The notes beneath the pieces are model-generated. The model had not been told where the DNA came from. It did no database searches and was given only the letters and a program-made list of their open reading frames with translations. A stretch of DNA of 64,000 nt, taken from the NCBI GenBank assembly GCA_048013815.1, contig CM106585.1, positions 4,340,001-4,404,000 of the forward strand, written 5' to 3'. Below are positions 1-11,289 of this stretch, piece after piece; the stretch's first letter is position 1, and each line of letters begins with the position of its first letter. The DNA is from Setoptus koraiensis. Taxonomy: Eukaryota; Animalia; Arthropoda. The translations under genes and the position numbers were made by a program.

Positions 1-981
1 TGCTCATTTGCCTCTCTATGCAGATGAGCGAGTTAATGCTAATGATGAGCCAAGCGATTCAAATCTTGGCTGCTTTGTTTGCACGAGACGGCAACATGAC
101 GCAATCAAGTTATGTATTCATAAATGCATCGGTAATAATCCAATTAATGGGCCCATTATCATGTTACACGACTGTTTGTGCCTGTCGTTTCTGTTTAGGC
201 TGGCCTAAACAGCCGGCCACGAGGCTCGAAAAAGTACTAAATATTTTATTCGTCACTTACAAGCAAGCTGCCCACTGGCCTCTGATGTAATCTATGTTGA
301 ATCTATGAGATTAGTCACGAACTAGCCGAGCGGCCATTAAGTTGTTTGCGCTGTCGTTAGCTGTTTCATTTCACGAGCGCCGTTTAACGATCGTGTGTAT
401 TCAAGGCGCGAACGGGGGGCCCCATTGAAAAGCGTTTATTTATTATGTTTATGTGAGCAGTGGGCGCTTTTATACACGTTTATACACTTTTATACACTGT
501 TGTGTCGCTGACACTCACGCTGCTGATATGTTATACATTTTCAATTAAGCAACCGAAGCTGACCGATCCGATCCGATCACAGCGTCGGGCAAAAGAAATG
601 TCCGGCGGTCAAGTGCGGATTTGCGCCGGACCGGATTTGTCGGTCGGTCGGTGGTGGCAAGACGGCGCGCGGGCAAGTGAGCGCGATGTTATCTCGATTT
701 AGTCGTCTCGGACAACGGCACTTGCCGTATACAACGGGCCTTGTGTATAACAAGTGGCGTCGTTTGCCAAGTAGCGAAATGTCATTATCATCGGAGAGCG
801 TGTTTGTTGCTTTTTAGTGGCTTAGTGATTACACAAACTGGCCACACTGGCGACGCTGGCGACACTGCCAAAACTCGTGCCAGTGCGTGGCCAGCTGACC
901 AGGGTTACGTAAGGAGCTACGTGCAAAGATTATAAAGCTGGCCGCTGCTGGGACGAGCCGGCCGATTCGGCCGCACCCGAA

Positions 982-1158
982 ATGGCCCAAATGGGCGCAT
1001 TGGCAAGGTTATTATTAATTGCAATTGCGGCGTTGCCGGGCGCCATTAATTGCGTAGCGGCGAGCATTTTATTACTGGCGGTCGTTTTATCATTTGCTCG
1101 TCCACGCGCCAAACAAACGTCGTTACGTAACCAACGTCGCTGCGTTCGTTATATATAA
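982..1158 (+). CDS. Candidate 58-aa membrane micropeptide (below the ORF-track cutoff)
   Basis: MAQMGALARLLLIAIAALPGAINCVAASILLLAVVLSFARPRAKQTSLRNQRRCVRYI has two hydrophobic stretches and a basic tail. TATAAA at 931-936 and AATAAA at 1187-1192. No homology recognised. Confidence 0.3.
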   Translation: MAQMGALARLLLIAIAALPGAINCVAASILLLAVVLSFARPRAKQTSLRNQRRCVRYI

Positions 1159-2416
1159 TAATTAACATTGCGCCAGACAGAAAGTGAATAAATCACGGCA
1201 CTTGTCACAACGCATTTGTGATTCAATAATTCACACAATAATTAATACCGATGGCCGATCAATGTCGCTCTGAGGTGCGCCCGTCGGTGCACCTCGCACA
1301 CGGATCGGCCATTGGCCATCGCCGATCGCCGCTAGGCGCACCGACGGTTGATTGGTGGGCCGGGTGCTCCGCAGCGGGCCGCGCATTCCGCAGCCGCCCG
1401 CGTAGTCGGCAGCGAGCCGCATAATGTCGCATGTCGCGAACACGGGACCCGTGGCCCCCATATATCAACCAATTTGCACACATTAACTTGCCGAGTCGAT
1501 ATCCATTAGTGCCCGGTGGCCGCCGTGGGCCGGCTTGAGACGATCGTCAGCTGATGTGGTGTACACAACAAATTTCTGGCACAACCAGATCGGCAACCAG
1601 TCACCAGTGACGCAACATCGTCCGGTAATGTGTCAGATGGCCCAATCAGCTGGCCCGGCGTCATCAATTATTGCAGTCGATCAATTATTGCAGCCAGACG
1701 GCATCAATCTTAATCTTTATGCATATTTATACTTGTGTCATAATTATGCCGACTAACAAGAGTCTTGTTACTGTTGTCGGCATTAGCATACGCGCCAGAC
1801 CAATACCTCAATATTGCCCATTGACAAATCAGAGCTGCGGGCCGATAATTATTCCGCACCCGCGATGCGCCCGCGATGAGCATCGTGTCACCTGTGCGCC
1901 TTGTCCGACGGTCACCCGAGCGGCCCGAGTCGCCCGAGCTACCTGGGCAAACTAACAAAACTACTGCTGGCGCGTAGTTTATTATACAACAGTATCTTTC
2001 ATACAAATAATCATCATCATCATTCGTTGTTGTCTCTGGCGCTCGCTGCCAGTGTCGCCTCGGTCGCCGCCAAGAATGATAAATAGTCTCTCGTGCGATT
2101 TGGGTTGCTTCTGGGGCCCGTTTGGGCCCCAGAAGCTTGCCAGTCACCACGAGCCGGTTGGTCGCAATTGATGGCCCTCGTCTCATCGATGGCGACCAGA
2201 TGGAGCCAAGCTGTTTATGGGCAGCGTGCCACTTTTTGTCTGGCCAGCGAGATATAATCACACTCTGGGGCAGAGGAAATCTTTTCCACACAATCGGGCT
2301 GCTTTTCATTTTTCTATTTAGCTCGCGCGGCGAAACGGGGCCCCCGATGCTCGCCGTTGGGGCCCCGTTTCGCCGTGCTGTCGGCCACGCTGTCGGCCAG
2401 ACAGCTCGGCCGCTCG

Positions 2417-2459
2417 TTTGGCCAGATATTTGGCCAGATATTTGGCCAGATATTTGGCC
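2417..2459. repeat. 12-nt tandem repeat (TTTGGCCAGATA) x~3.6
   Basis: Read directly from the sequence; it explains the periodic ORFs in all frames. Confidence 0.9.
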
Positions 2460-3068
2460 GCCTGTTCGGCCAGTTTGGGGCTGGGAGTATGTCGAGACGG
2501 CGGAGGCTCGCTGGGCAAGCCTCAATCGAGTGGACGGGCCTCAATGGAGGGGCCTCAATGGACTGCGGCACACGAGCGGCTGGCATCTTGGGCCATAACG
2601 AGCCCGATGGCAGCAGCGCGGCTGCTCAGGGGCCCAGGCGTGGCCGAGATTAATCTCTAATCGCGCGTGATTAATCAAGTCAAACCACAGGCCGGCGCCC
2701 GTGGCCCGTTTTTACACAATTGCGCCCACTCCGGGCCGTCCGGTCGGTCGGTGGGTGCGCGTTCGGGTGCAGCCGCACCGCCACAGGACCGCCAACGCGC
2801 CAAGCTCAACATATATCAACACGAGTAGGTGGCCCCCATGTATACAATATATAATATACAGTATATTGAGCGGGGCTCAACAGCAACATATATCTCTTAA
2901 TCTGGAGAGCTTACTGGAGCGCGCATCGTCAGTTCAGTTTATACTAATCAGGTGCGATATGTTTGCGTCTGTTGTCGTCGTTGTTGTTGTTTCGACACTC
3001 TAACTCTTCCGCTGACTAATAACTGAGCGCGCCGCGACAATCACTTATGCACCCGTCACCCGCAAATG

Positions 3069-3197
3069 CCGCGCCGAATATTGCCAAATACCGCGCCGAA
3101 TATTGCCAAATGCCCCGTGGAATATTGCCAAATACCCCGCCGAATATTGCTAAATATCTTGCCAAATATTGCTAAATATCTTGCCAAATATTACGCC
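3069..3197. repeat. 22-nt minisatellite x6 (CCGCGCCGAATATTGCCAAATA grading to TCTTGCCAAATATTGCTAAATA)
   Basis: Units start at 3069, 3091, 3113, 3135, 3157 and 3179. Confidence 0.9.
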
Positions 3198-6100
3198 ACA
3201 CTTGCCGCACCGGCCCGCCGCACAACTGGCTAGCCGGCCCGCCGGACGACGACTGGCTGGCCGGATAACGGGATAAATGGACGACTGGCCAGAACTGCAC
3301 GACCGGCCCGAACTGCACAACTGGCCAGAAGCGCGGCCCGCCGGCGTGAAAACGTGACCAAAGTCATTATTTGGGGCGCCCCAAGTGCCAGCGCTCACAA
3401 AGTATTTTGCAAAGTATTTAAGTCGAACAGACTGGCGGCTGTCTTGCCGCAACGGCCAGCGTACGCAAGTGCGATGAGTTTTGAAGTGATCGCGGCCAAT
3501 GGCTCGTTGAGAGGTCGCCCATTTGTGCCGGCGCCTATTTATCGCCAGCCTGGGCCCCATTTATGCGCCCGCCTAGCCCTCAGCCAACCCGTGCCAGCCC
3601 GTGCCAGCCCGTGCCAAGCGAGGGCCAGCCGAGGGCCAGGTTGGGCGCTGATTTGGGCCCGACGATGGTCGCAATTACACTTCAACGGCCTGAAACGGGC
3701 TGAATGAGCGGCCGGCCATCGGGCTGCAGAATGGTCGCTTATATTGTATTATTGATTGTGTGGGGCGCTGGTATTATTATTATTATTATCATCATTGTTA
3801 TATGTGTGTGTGCACGGCCGTAAACGCTCGCCAAATGCACAAACGCCAAACAACAACGCGTAATCATGGCGGGCCCCATCGATAATAGATAATGCTGCAC
3901 TATCACCGCACTACCTCAACTACCATACCACCGCCGCACCACCACCAGCCTGCTACTGCCATACGACTGCTATTATGCCAGCAGTAGGCCGCCGTGCGGA
4001 CGGCCGAAATGGCCGAAATGGCGCCACTCTCGGTCACTCTATTCACGAGGGCGCACAAACAAAGCGCACGGTGCCGTTATACGGTTGTTGTTGTTGTTGT
4101 TGTTGCTGTCGTTGTTGTTGCTGTTGTTGCTGGCGCTGTTGTTGGTGGTGCTGGCGCTGTTGTCGCCGTTGTTGTTGGTCGTAGAGTCGGAATAAATGAG
4201 TTCACAGCCGGCAGCACTTGAGCCAGCTCGCGACGCACTGGCGCGGTGCAATATGGCGCCGCACCGAGCGCCGCCAAACAATGGCCGCGTTCAGGTGAGC
4301 CGACGGGCATTAAAGTCGGCCTGTCAAGAGCGCGCCGCCAGAATGGATCGGCCGAGGCGCCCGAGCGCCCATTATGAGCACTAACCCAGTGTCAGGGCAC
4401 TAACAAACAAAATTATCACTCCCCTATTAATGAATATCTGGCTGGCTGGCTCAATGGGGGCGCAAACAAGCGCGCCACCTTGGCTCGCTCGTTTGTTTGG
4501 CGCTTGCATAACTGCGCTCGCATTGGCGGACCCGCTGCGCCGCCAAGGCGCCGCGGGTCCGCTCGCCTAGGCGCTCGCCAGTCCGCTCGCAGGTCGCCTG
4601 GCAGGTTGCGCGCGTGGGTGCGTGTAGGCGTGCCGAGATGCGTGGGTGTGCGGCGGGCTGACCGCGAGCTCTGTCTTGTTCGTATTGATTGGGCCGCGAG
4701 CGGGCCAGAAATCTTGCAATCGGCATTTCGGGCCGTGCACGGCCCGTTCGGGCACAGTTGCCGCATGCGACCTATACATGTAATATATAGATGTTTATGT
4801 AGCGCGGTATCCCGTGTGCAGGCGCCCGGCTCGGGACGAAACGCAAATCGCGGTGCACGACGACCAGGATAATAGTTATGATCCGGCCGGGACTGGCTTA
4901 GCGGGCAGCGGCGGCAAACATGCACATTTGTTGTTGTTTGCGTTGCGTCAGATAAGCACTCGAAATGGCCGCCAGCCATAGCGGCTATTTCGGACTTCTA
5001 GTGCGGACTTGTCTCGCTGGCGAGAAGTCGCCCGAGAGTAGGCGCCGGCGAGCCGCCAGAGAGCCGCCAGAGGGCCGCCAGAGCCGCCAGAGTGCGCGCC
5101 CGGCGCAGAGAAGAGGCCAGAGACACTCCGGCGGAGAGTGGCACTAAATGGGCCGAGCGGCCAGATTGTTGTTGTTGTTGTTGTTGTCGTAGGGACACTT
5201 AATCGGCTTTAGTTGTCACGTTTAGTTGGCGCGTGGCGAGCCACCACCATATGATTTGGCGCCGGGCCCCATCAGCGCCGCCTGGCCGCAAATCACAACT
5301 ATCTGTGCGCTCCATTGTTGGTGGGGCCCGCGACGGCCCGCGCGCCAGAGTTGGCCCACGCGCCAGAGTTTGCCCAGTGTCGGCCGGCCAGACGGTGCTG
5401 GCTCAATGGGCCGCACATGTGCGCGCCAGAGATTGCGAGCCGCACATGAATGTGACGCGTCGGGTCCGCCTATCGGACAAATCATCGGTCACACGGGTGA
5501 CACCGCAAAATTAAACAAGCGCCCGCCTGACAGACGCAACCATAGCCATTATCGGCCTTACTGCGGGCCCATTGTCGGATAAAAAATATGACAGGCGAGC
5601 TTGTTATTGTTGTCGATCAATTGTCGGCGCTGCTCGCCGGCGCCCGATTGTTGGATCGTGGCGAGGTTACGAGCGCAGATCTTTGCGCTGGACTCAATTG
5701 TGCCGGCGCATTGTGTCGCCCAGGAGCGTTATAAATAACGGCGGCTCGGGTTGTATAAATAAACGGATTTAAATAGAAAACTCGAGCTGTCGCCGGTCGC
5801 AACCAAACTCGAGCTGTCGCCCCCCGAACACTTGGCCCGCACACTGGTGTTTGGGGCTGTCTCAGGTGGCGCTGGCGGCAATCTGTGGACGGCCGGCCAT
5901 TAGTGGGGCGCCAAATGGCAGCGCATGAATCAAATCTTGAGCCGCTCGCCCGCCCGAACAGCCAGCCTCTCAGACGGCGCCCCTCTCGGCCGGGTAATTG
6001 AAGCTTTAATTATCAGCCAGTGGCAGGCCGGTAGCTGGCGGCAGCTAATGGGCCGAGCTGACAATTGCGACAGGAGCCGTCAGTGTTGTATTTATTTGTG

Positions 6101-7046
6101 CGCCTGTTTGTGCGGTTATTGTTATTGCGGCCATTATTATTATTATTATTATCACGGTCATATCCATCGGTTGTGAGCTGTGGCGGCCGCTTGTTATATA
6201 ACTGGTCGCTTATATAACTGTGCTGTCATGTGGCCGTTACATAACAGTGGTAGTTGTTTTTGTTGTAGGTGCGCTGTGTGTCGCGGCGGCCGTCTGAGGG
6301 CGTGTTGTTATTTTAATAACGCACCTATTGGCCCCGCCGTAAGATGGGTTTTTTAAGTGCCCTGCACTCGGCGGGCCCAGCGACGGGTGACTCGCCCGAC
6401 ACACTACTTACCAGTGTGGCGAGTTACCTGTCGGGCGAGCTACCTGTCGTGTGAGTTTGTGTGCCGTGGCGGCCAGAGTAGTGGTGCGGCGGTGTAATGT
6501 TGCGGCGGTGTAATGTTGCGGCAGTGTAGTGGTGCGCCAGGCCGACAGGGCGACGGTGCCCGGTCGGCTGGCAAGACAAGTGCTCGATTTTAGAGGGGGG
6601 CCCACAGTTTTAGCCAGACAGACAACAAACAAACAAACAGAGGCACTAAATGGAAACTACTTACACACTTTGATAGCGCTGTCACACGCCAATGGTGCCG
6701 GTTGTAATGTGTATTATCACCGCACGGTGACAATTTTATTGGCCACAAAAGAGCACACTCACGCCGAGCTATTATTATTATTATTATCGCCTGTTTATAT
6801 GTGTTTATATCACAATTCATTGCTTGCAGGGGCCCCGCAGCCAGCGCAAACAAATGTTTTTTTGTTTGGCCAATGGCCTATGAAAGCATTAGGCATTAGG
6901 CATTAAAATGTGAGTGTTTAGAATGTTGGCAAACACACATTCGGGGGCCCCATTATGAGCGCTCATAATGGTAGTTGGGCCGGTTGGATTTTGCGCAAAA
7001 CTCTGTACCTAGGCACATCAACAACTTGCACTACACACTCTCCGCC

Positions 7047-7094
7047 AGCTTGGGCCGCCCTAAGCTTGGGCCACTCTAAGCTTGGGCCGCCCTA
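7047..7094. repeat. 16-nt tandem repeat (AGCTTGGGCCGCCCTA) x3
   Basis: Read directly from the sequence. Confidence 0.85.
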
Positions 7095-8200
7095 GCACTT
7101 GCCACGGCCCGGAACTTGCTACTAGTGCTACAAGGCTGGCCCAGTGCAACACTAGTGGGCGCTATTTTAAATGCAAATATCAGATGGGGGCCAACATTCA
7201 AATTGATTCAAATTGCTGCACCGGCTCGCCGGGCCCCCTGCGTTTGCCAGAGGGCGCACCGAGCACTGAGCGCCCACACTGGGGCCCACACTGGTTAATG
7301 GGCCCAGTGTAAACTTGTTAACTGCTACGGTGGCGCCATTACTGGCTCGCCGCTCATTTGGCCAGTTCATTTGGTGGCCAGCTCGCCAAAACACTCAAAC
7401 ATTCAAACACTGTTGTGAGTTTGTGCAGCTTCCGGCCAGCAACACGATTGTTGTGCAATACGACTCGCATATTGCGCAAATACACGTACAAATAAACGTG
7501 TACAGACTCTGTACGTTTACAGAGCGCATAAAGAGGCACAACAAAACAGTGCTATTGTGATTATTTTACAAGCAATTTGACAAGAGACATTAAACAAGTT
7601 GCGACGGCCTTGCCGGCACGGCAAGCCCGAGATGAGAGGCCCGCCAATGAAGATCATTTAATCCAACGCAACCCAGGCAACCGATTCATGCCGTGCATTG
7701 CCACACAATGGCCCATACGTGGCCTCACAATGCACACCATCCGACGCATTCATTGCGGGCCCCAGCGAGCCGGCACCGACAATGGCCCGTTGCCAATGAG
7801 CCAACGAGCAGCTAGTGGCAAGTGGCGCAAAATGAGCCATTATTGAGTGGAGCATACGCAAATCGATCGATTATTTTAATTGCCTCACAATGGCAATTAA
7901 AATAATGGCTCGATTGGGGGCCGCGTGCCCGAACTGGTAATCGCTGGCCGACTTGGCCCATTGTCGATCGGACAAGTTAGCAAGTGTGCGGACAACAGCG
8001 CTCATTATTATTCTCAACGTGATTGGGGCCAGCCAGCAACTCAATGAGTGCGCCGCCAAAACAAAGCCAATCTCTCATGGCGTCGGCCAAATTTGAGCTC
8101 ATGCGGCCCGATTGTGTCTCACCCTGCTCCAGCCAGAACTGTCCGGAATCACCGAGAAGAAAAACGGCGATTTTTTCACTCACGAGCGCATTTGAGACAC

Positions 8201-8260
8201 TCAATTTCGGTTGATTTCAGTGAATTTCAGTTGATTTCTGTGAATTTCAGTTGATTTCAG
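8201..8260. repeat. 10-nt tandem repeat x6, alternating TTGATTTCAG and TGAATTTCAG
   Basis: Read directly from the sequence; four units end in TTTCAG. Confidence 0.9.
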
Positions 8261-8893
8261 TGAGGCAACTACTTGTTAGCGCGGCCACCGTGAGCCGTCC
8301 ACCCGTGAGCGCGCAAGACCAAACGAGCCCTCGGCATCCTGCCTGTGCCCGCATGAACAGGTGAACAGGTAAACGGGTGAACAGGTGAACTGGATGTTGG
8401 CGGATCGAGTGCGGCAACACTGGCGGCGCCGATCAGGTTGCTGGTCGGCCGTGGTCGGCCGCGCTCACTCGATGGCTTGGCGAGCGACAAGTGGCCGGCC
8501 CCAATTTCGTTGACAATCCGGCCGGTTGGCAAGGATGAAAACTGAAAATAAAGCAAACAACAAGCGCGGCATAAATGGGCGAGTGGCGCGACGAGCTCAG
8601 TGCGTCGTCGCCAGCCCTGGGAGCACCCGTCGAGGGCGCCATGGACGCGACACACTCGAGTCGTTGCTGCACTTCGCTTCTCGGCTCTATAGGTGAGGCG
8701 ACGGACAAGCCAGACTGAGCGGTGTGTTTGTTTTTAGCCGCAAATATATGAGCGCCCCCACTACGAATATCTCAAGCAATTCAAGCTCGAGCAACTCAAG
8801 CTCGAGCAACTCAAACTCGAGCAACTCGAGCGACTTGCAGCAACTCAAATTTCACCCGTTCGCTCGTGTGAAAGGATTCGCGTAAGTGAGCGA

Positions 8894-8930
8894 GATTTCT
8901 TCAAAGTGACCGAGTCACTTTGAAGAAATC
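8894..8930. repeat. Perfect 17-bp inverted repeat with a 3-nt loop
   Basis: GATTTCTTCAAAGTGAC-CGA-GTCACTTTGAAGAAATC. Confidence 0.95.
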
Positions 8931-10081
8931 CAACATGTCCGATAAAAAACATGTTTACACAAGTTGCAGTTAGTTGTTGCTGTTACGCAACTACAACATG
9001 TCAAACAAACTGCGGGGTGCAGCGTATGTCTGACTAACAAGTAAGAGCGACTTGTTTTTGCTTGACACAGCGCCCCATGCGACGCTGGCGCGTAAGCCGC
9101 GTGTCACTGTTGTTGTCGTAAATATTGACCATGTCCGCTGCAGCGAGCAAGCTGGCCAGATTTTTCAATGCGGCCCCATTTTCGTAACAAGCCGGCGTCT
9201 GTGCTGCGCCAAAGTGTATCAATTAGCAGCGGATCTCTGGCGGATAATCTCTGGAGACGCGCGAGCGAGGCAGAGTGCAGCGCCGGACGCCGAGAGAGAA
9301 TTTTGGGGCCCGAGCAAAAAAGCCGAGCACTCGTTGCCGACGCAATGAGCAGCCGATGACTTTGGCCGAACGACGGCGCCCACAATTAGCCGACATCGGC
9401 CAGACAGTGATGAAAGAGTCGACTAACTGTCTAGATACTGCGCCGACAAGAGACCATCCAAATAGCACGCATGCATATAGCGGTCACGCTACGCCGGCCA
9501 CCCCTGTTCCGGTCGGCCGGTCCGCCGCTTAGTTGGCCGGCCCCACGGGCTTGCGGGCCGGCGAGCCGGTGGGGGCGACGGTGATGGCATGATCATCAAG
9601 ATCATTGCATCAGCACAACAAGCGACAACGAGCGACATCAGACGAGCGCTGCTTGTTCCAATGATCCGATGATGTGACCATGGTGAATGGCGCTGAATGT
9701 CGGCACAGTTGCGTAATAGTTGCGCACAATAATTACTCTCGCTGGCTCTCTCCGGGCCAAACTCGACTGGTCAGTGCCGCTGCGGCCCGGGGTGCAACTC
9801 GACTGGTCAGCGACATCGATGAATTTCTTGTCGTCTCGACTTGTGGCGAGCGCGCTTCTTTTTGGCCTGTCTCTTGGCGTGTGTGCCATTGTGCACGATT
9901 GTTGTACAATCATCATGTCCATCTATTCTCTGGGCCCCCCGTGTCAGTTAACCGTTGGCGCCTCGTTGAGCCGGCCGGCCGATTAGTGGAGAATGGCGCG
10001 GCGCGGATTGGATGTTGCGCCGGCGGCAGAGCGGATGCGCCCTCGCGCATTGACCCAACGCGAGACCGACGCGAGATCGAA

Positions 10082-10149
10082 GCGAGACCCGGTGCGAGAC
10101 CCGGCGCGAGGCCCGACGCGAGGCCCGACGCGAGGCCCGACGCGAGACC
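10082..10149. repeat. 12-nt tandem repeat (GCGAGRCCCGRY) x~5.7
   Basis: Read directly from the sequence. Confidence 0.9.
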
Positions 10150-11226
10150 GTTACAGGAGGCGAATCATTTTTGTTGGCTGCCAACGGAACGGCCGCGACA
10201 GCAACAGCGCCGAGCGCGTCCGCAGACGACAACATGCAAGACTGTCGACGGGCACGTCCGCGGACGACCGTACAAGACCGTGGGCGAGCGGCCGCGCACT
10301 TGCACGGAGATGTGACGATGATCAATCGATTTTTATCGGCGACAGCGCCCAATTGTGCGGCCCTATCGACAGTGGCATCGATGCATTGTGACGCGCCCGT
10401 CACAGTGGACAGTGGCCAAGTCACCATGTTGCAACTGTGACCGTGTTGTCGCCCCCTGTCCATTGTTGGCGCGCTCGCCAATCAATAGATTATGTTTCAC
10501 ATGCTGCCGCTGCCACATAATGGTCTGGCCGGCTAGTGTCAGACATAATCAATAACAACAGCTCAAGCCGGCCGCAGGATGTCGCCATGTTGGGTCGGCG
10601 GCCGACGTTGCCCGACGGTGCGCTGCCCGACGGTGCGCTGCCCGACGGTGCGCTGCCCGATGTTGCGCCGGACCGACGGTGGCCGGTCGCTGCGGCATCA
10701 TCACTGTCACTGCATTTGACTACATCTGACAGTCTGGCGCTTCCTCGCAGCGCCACACTGGCCAGTATCGCACAGCTCGAGCGGCATGCCGACCAGTCTC
10801 GCGCGAGCCCCAAAAGGGCCTCACGGGGGCCTCACGGGGGCCTCACAGGGGCCTCGAACGGGCCTCAGACGATCATCGAACGAGCCTCAGACGAGCATCG
10901 GACGAGCATCGATCGAGCCTCAGACGGGCAGCAATAAGTAATAAGCGGGCAATATTTGCATAAAGACGCCCCAAGACGGTTGTATTGCGCACTCACCTTG
11001 TGTCGTTTTGAGCGACCAGCCGACGACGACAACGACAGAGCAGACACAGGTTAAAATGGCTCGCTGCCACTGTCTGGCCGGCGCCGTCGAGCGCCCTCTT
11101 CTGGCCGGAGCGCCCAAGCCCTGGGCTGTCCGCTGTTTGTTGGTTCCTGGTTTTGGCCGCATTTTGCCTGATTGAGCTCTCAGTTCATTTGGGCGCGACG
11201 TGTACCACCGCATCGCCGTATTGTAT

Positions 11227-11289
11227 TGTTGCACGCGTCTTACGTAATATTGCACGTGTATTACGTAATGTTGCACGTGTATTACGTAA
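11227..11289. promoter_or_regulatory. 21-nt tandem repeat x3 carrying E-box (CACGTG) and PAR/NFIL3-type bZIP (TTACGTAA) palindromes
   Basis: TTACGTAA at 11240, 11261 and 11282; CACGTG at 11253 and 11274 (CACGCG in unit 1). The repeat is certain; a regulatory role is inferred. Confidence 0.45.

Noticed and set aside
18-290. 90-aa partly hydrophobic ORF at the window edge
   Set aside because: No recognisable motif or splice context, and it cannot be judged without upstream sequence.
1710-2660. Long overlapping ORFs (271, 158 and 98 aa)
   Set aside because: They stay open because of high GC and a 12-nt repeat; the repetitive peptides appear in every frame and no domain is recognisable.
3975-4310. 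Cys-, Val-, Thr- or Asn-rich ORFs
   Set aside because: These are translations of a (GTT)n-type trinucleotide tract.
8675-8686. CGCTTCTCGGC matching the U2 snRNA 5' end
   Set aside because: The rest of U2 (branch-recognition region, Sm site) is absent.
9674-10937. 213-, 177- and 133-aa ORFs with ARPD/PDGAL repeats
   Set aside because: By-products of 12- and 15-nt tandem arrays in GC-rich DNA, open on both strands.
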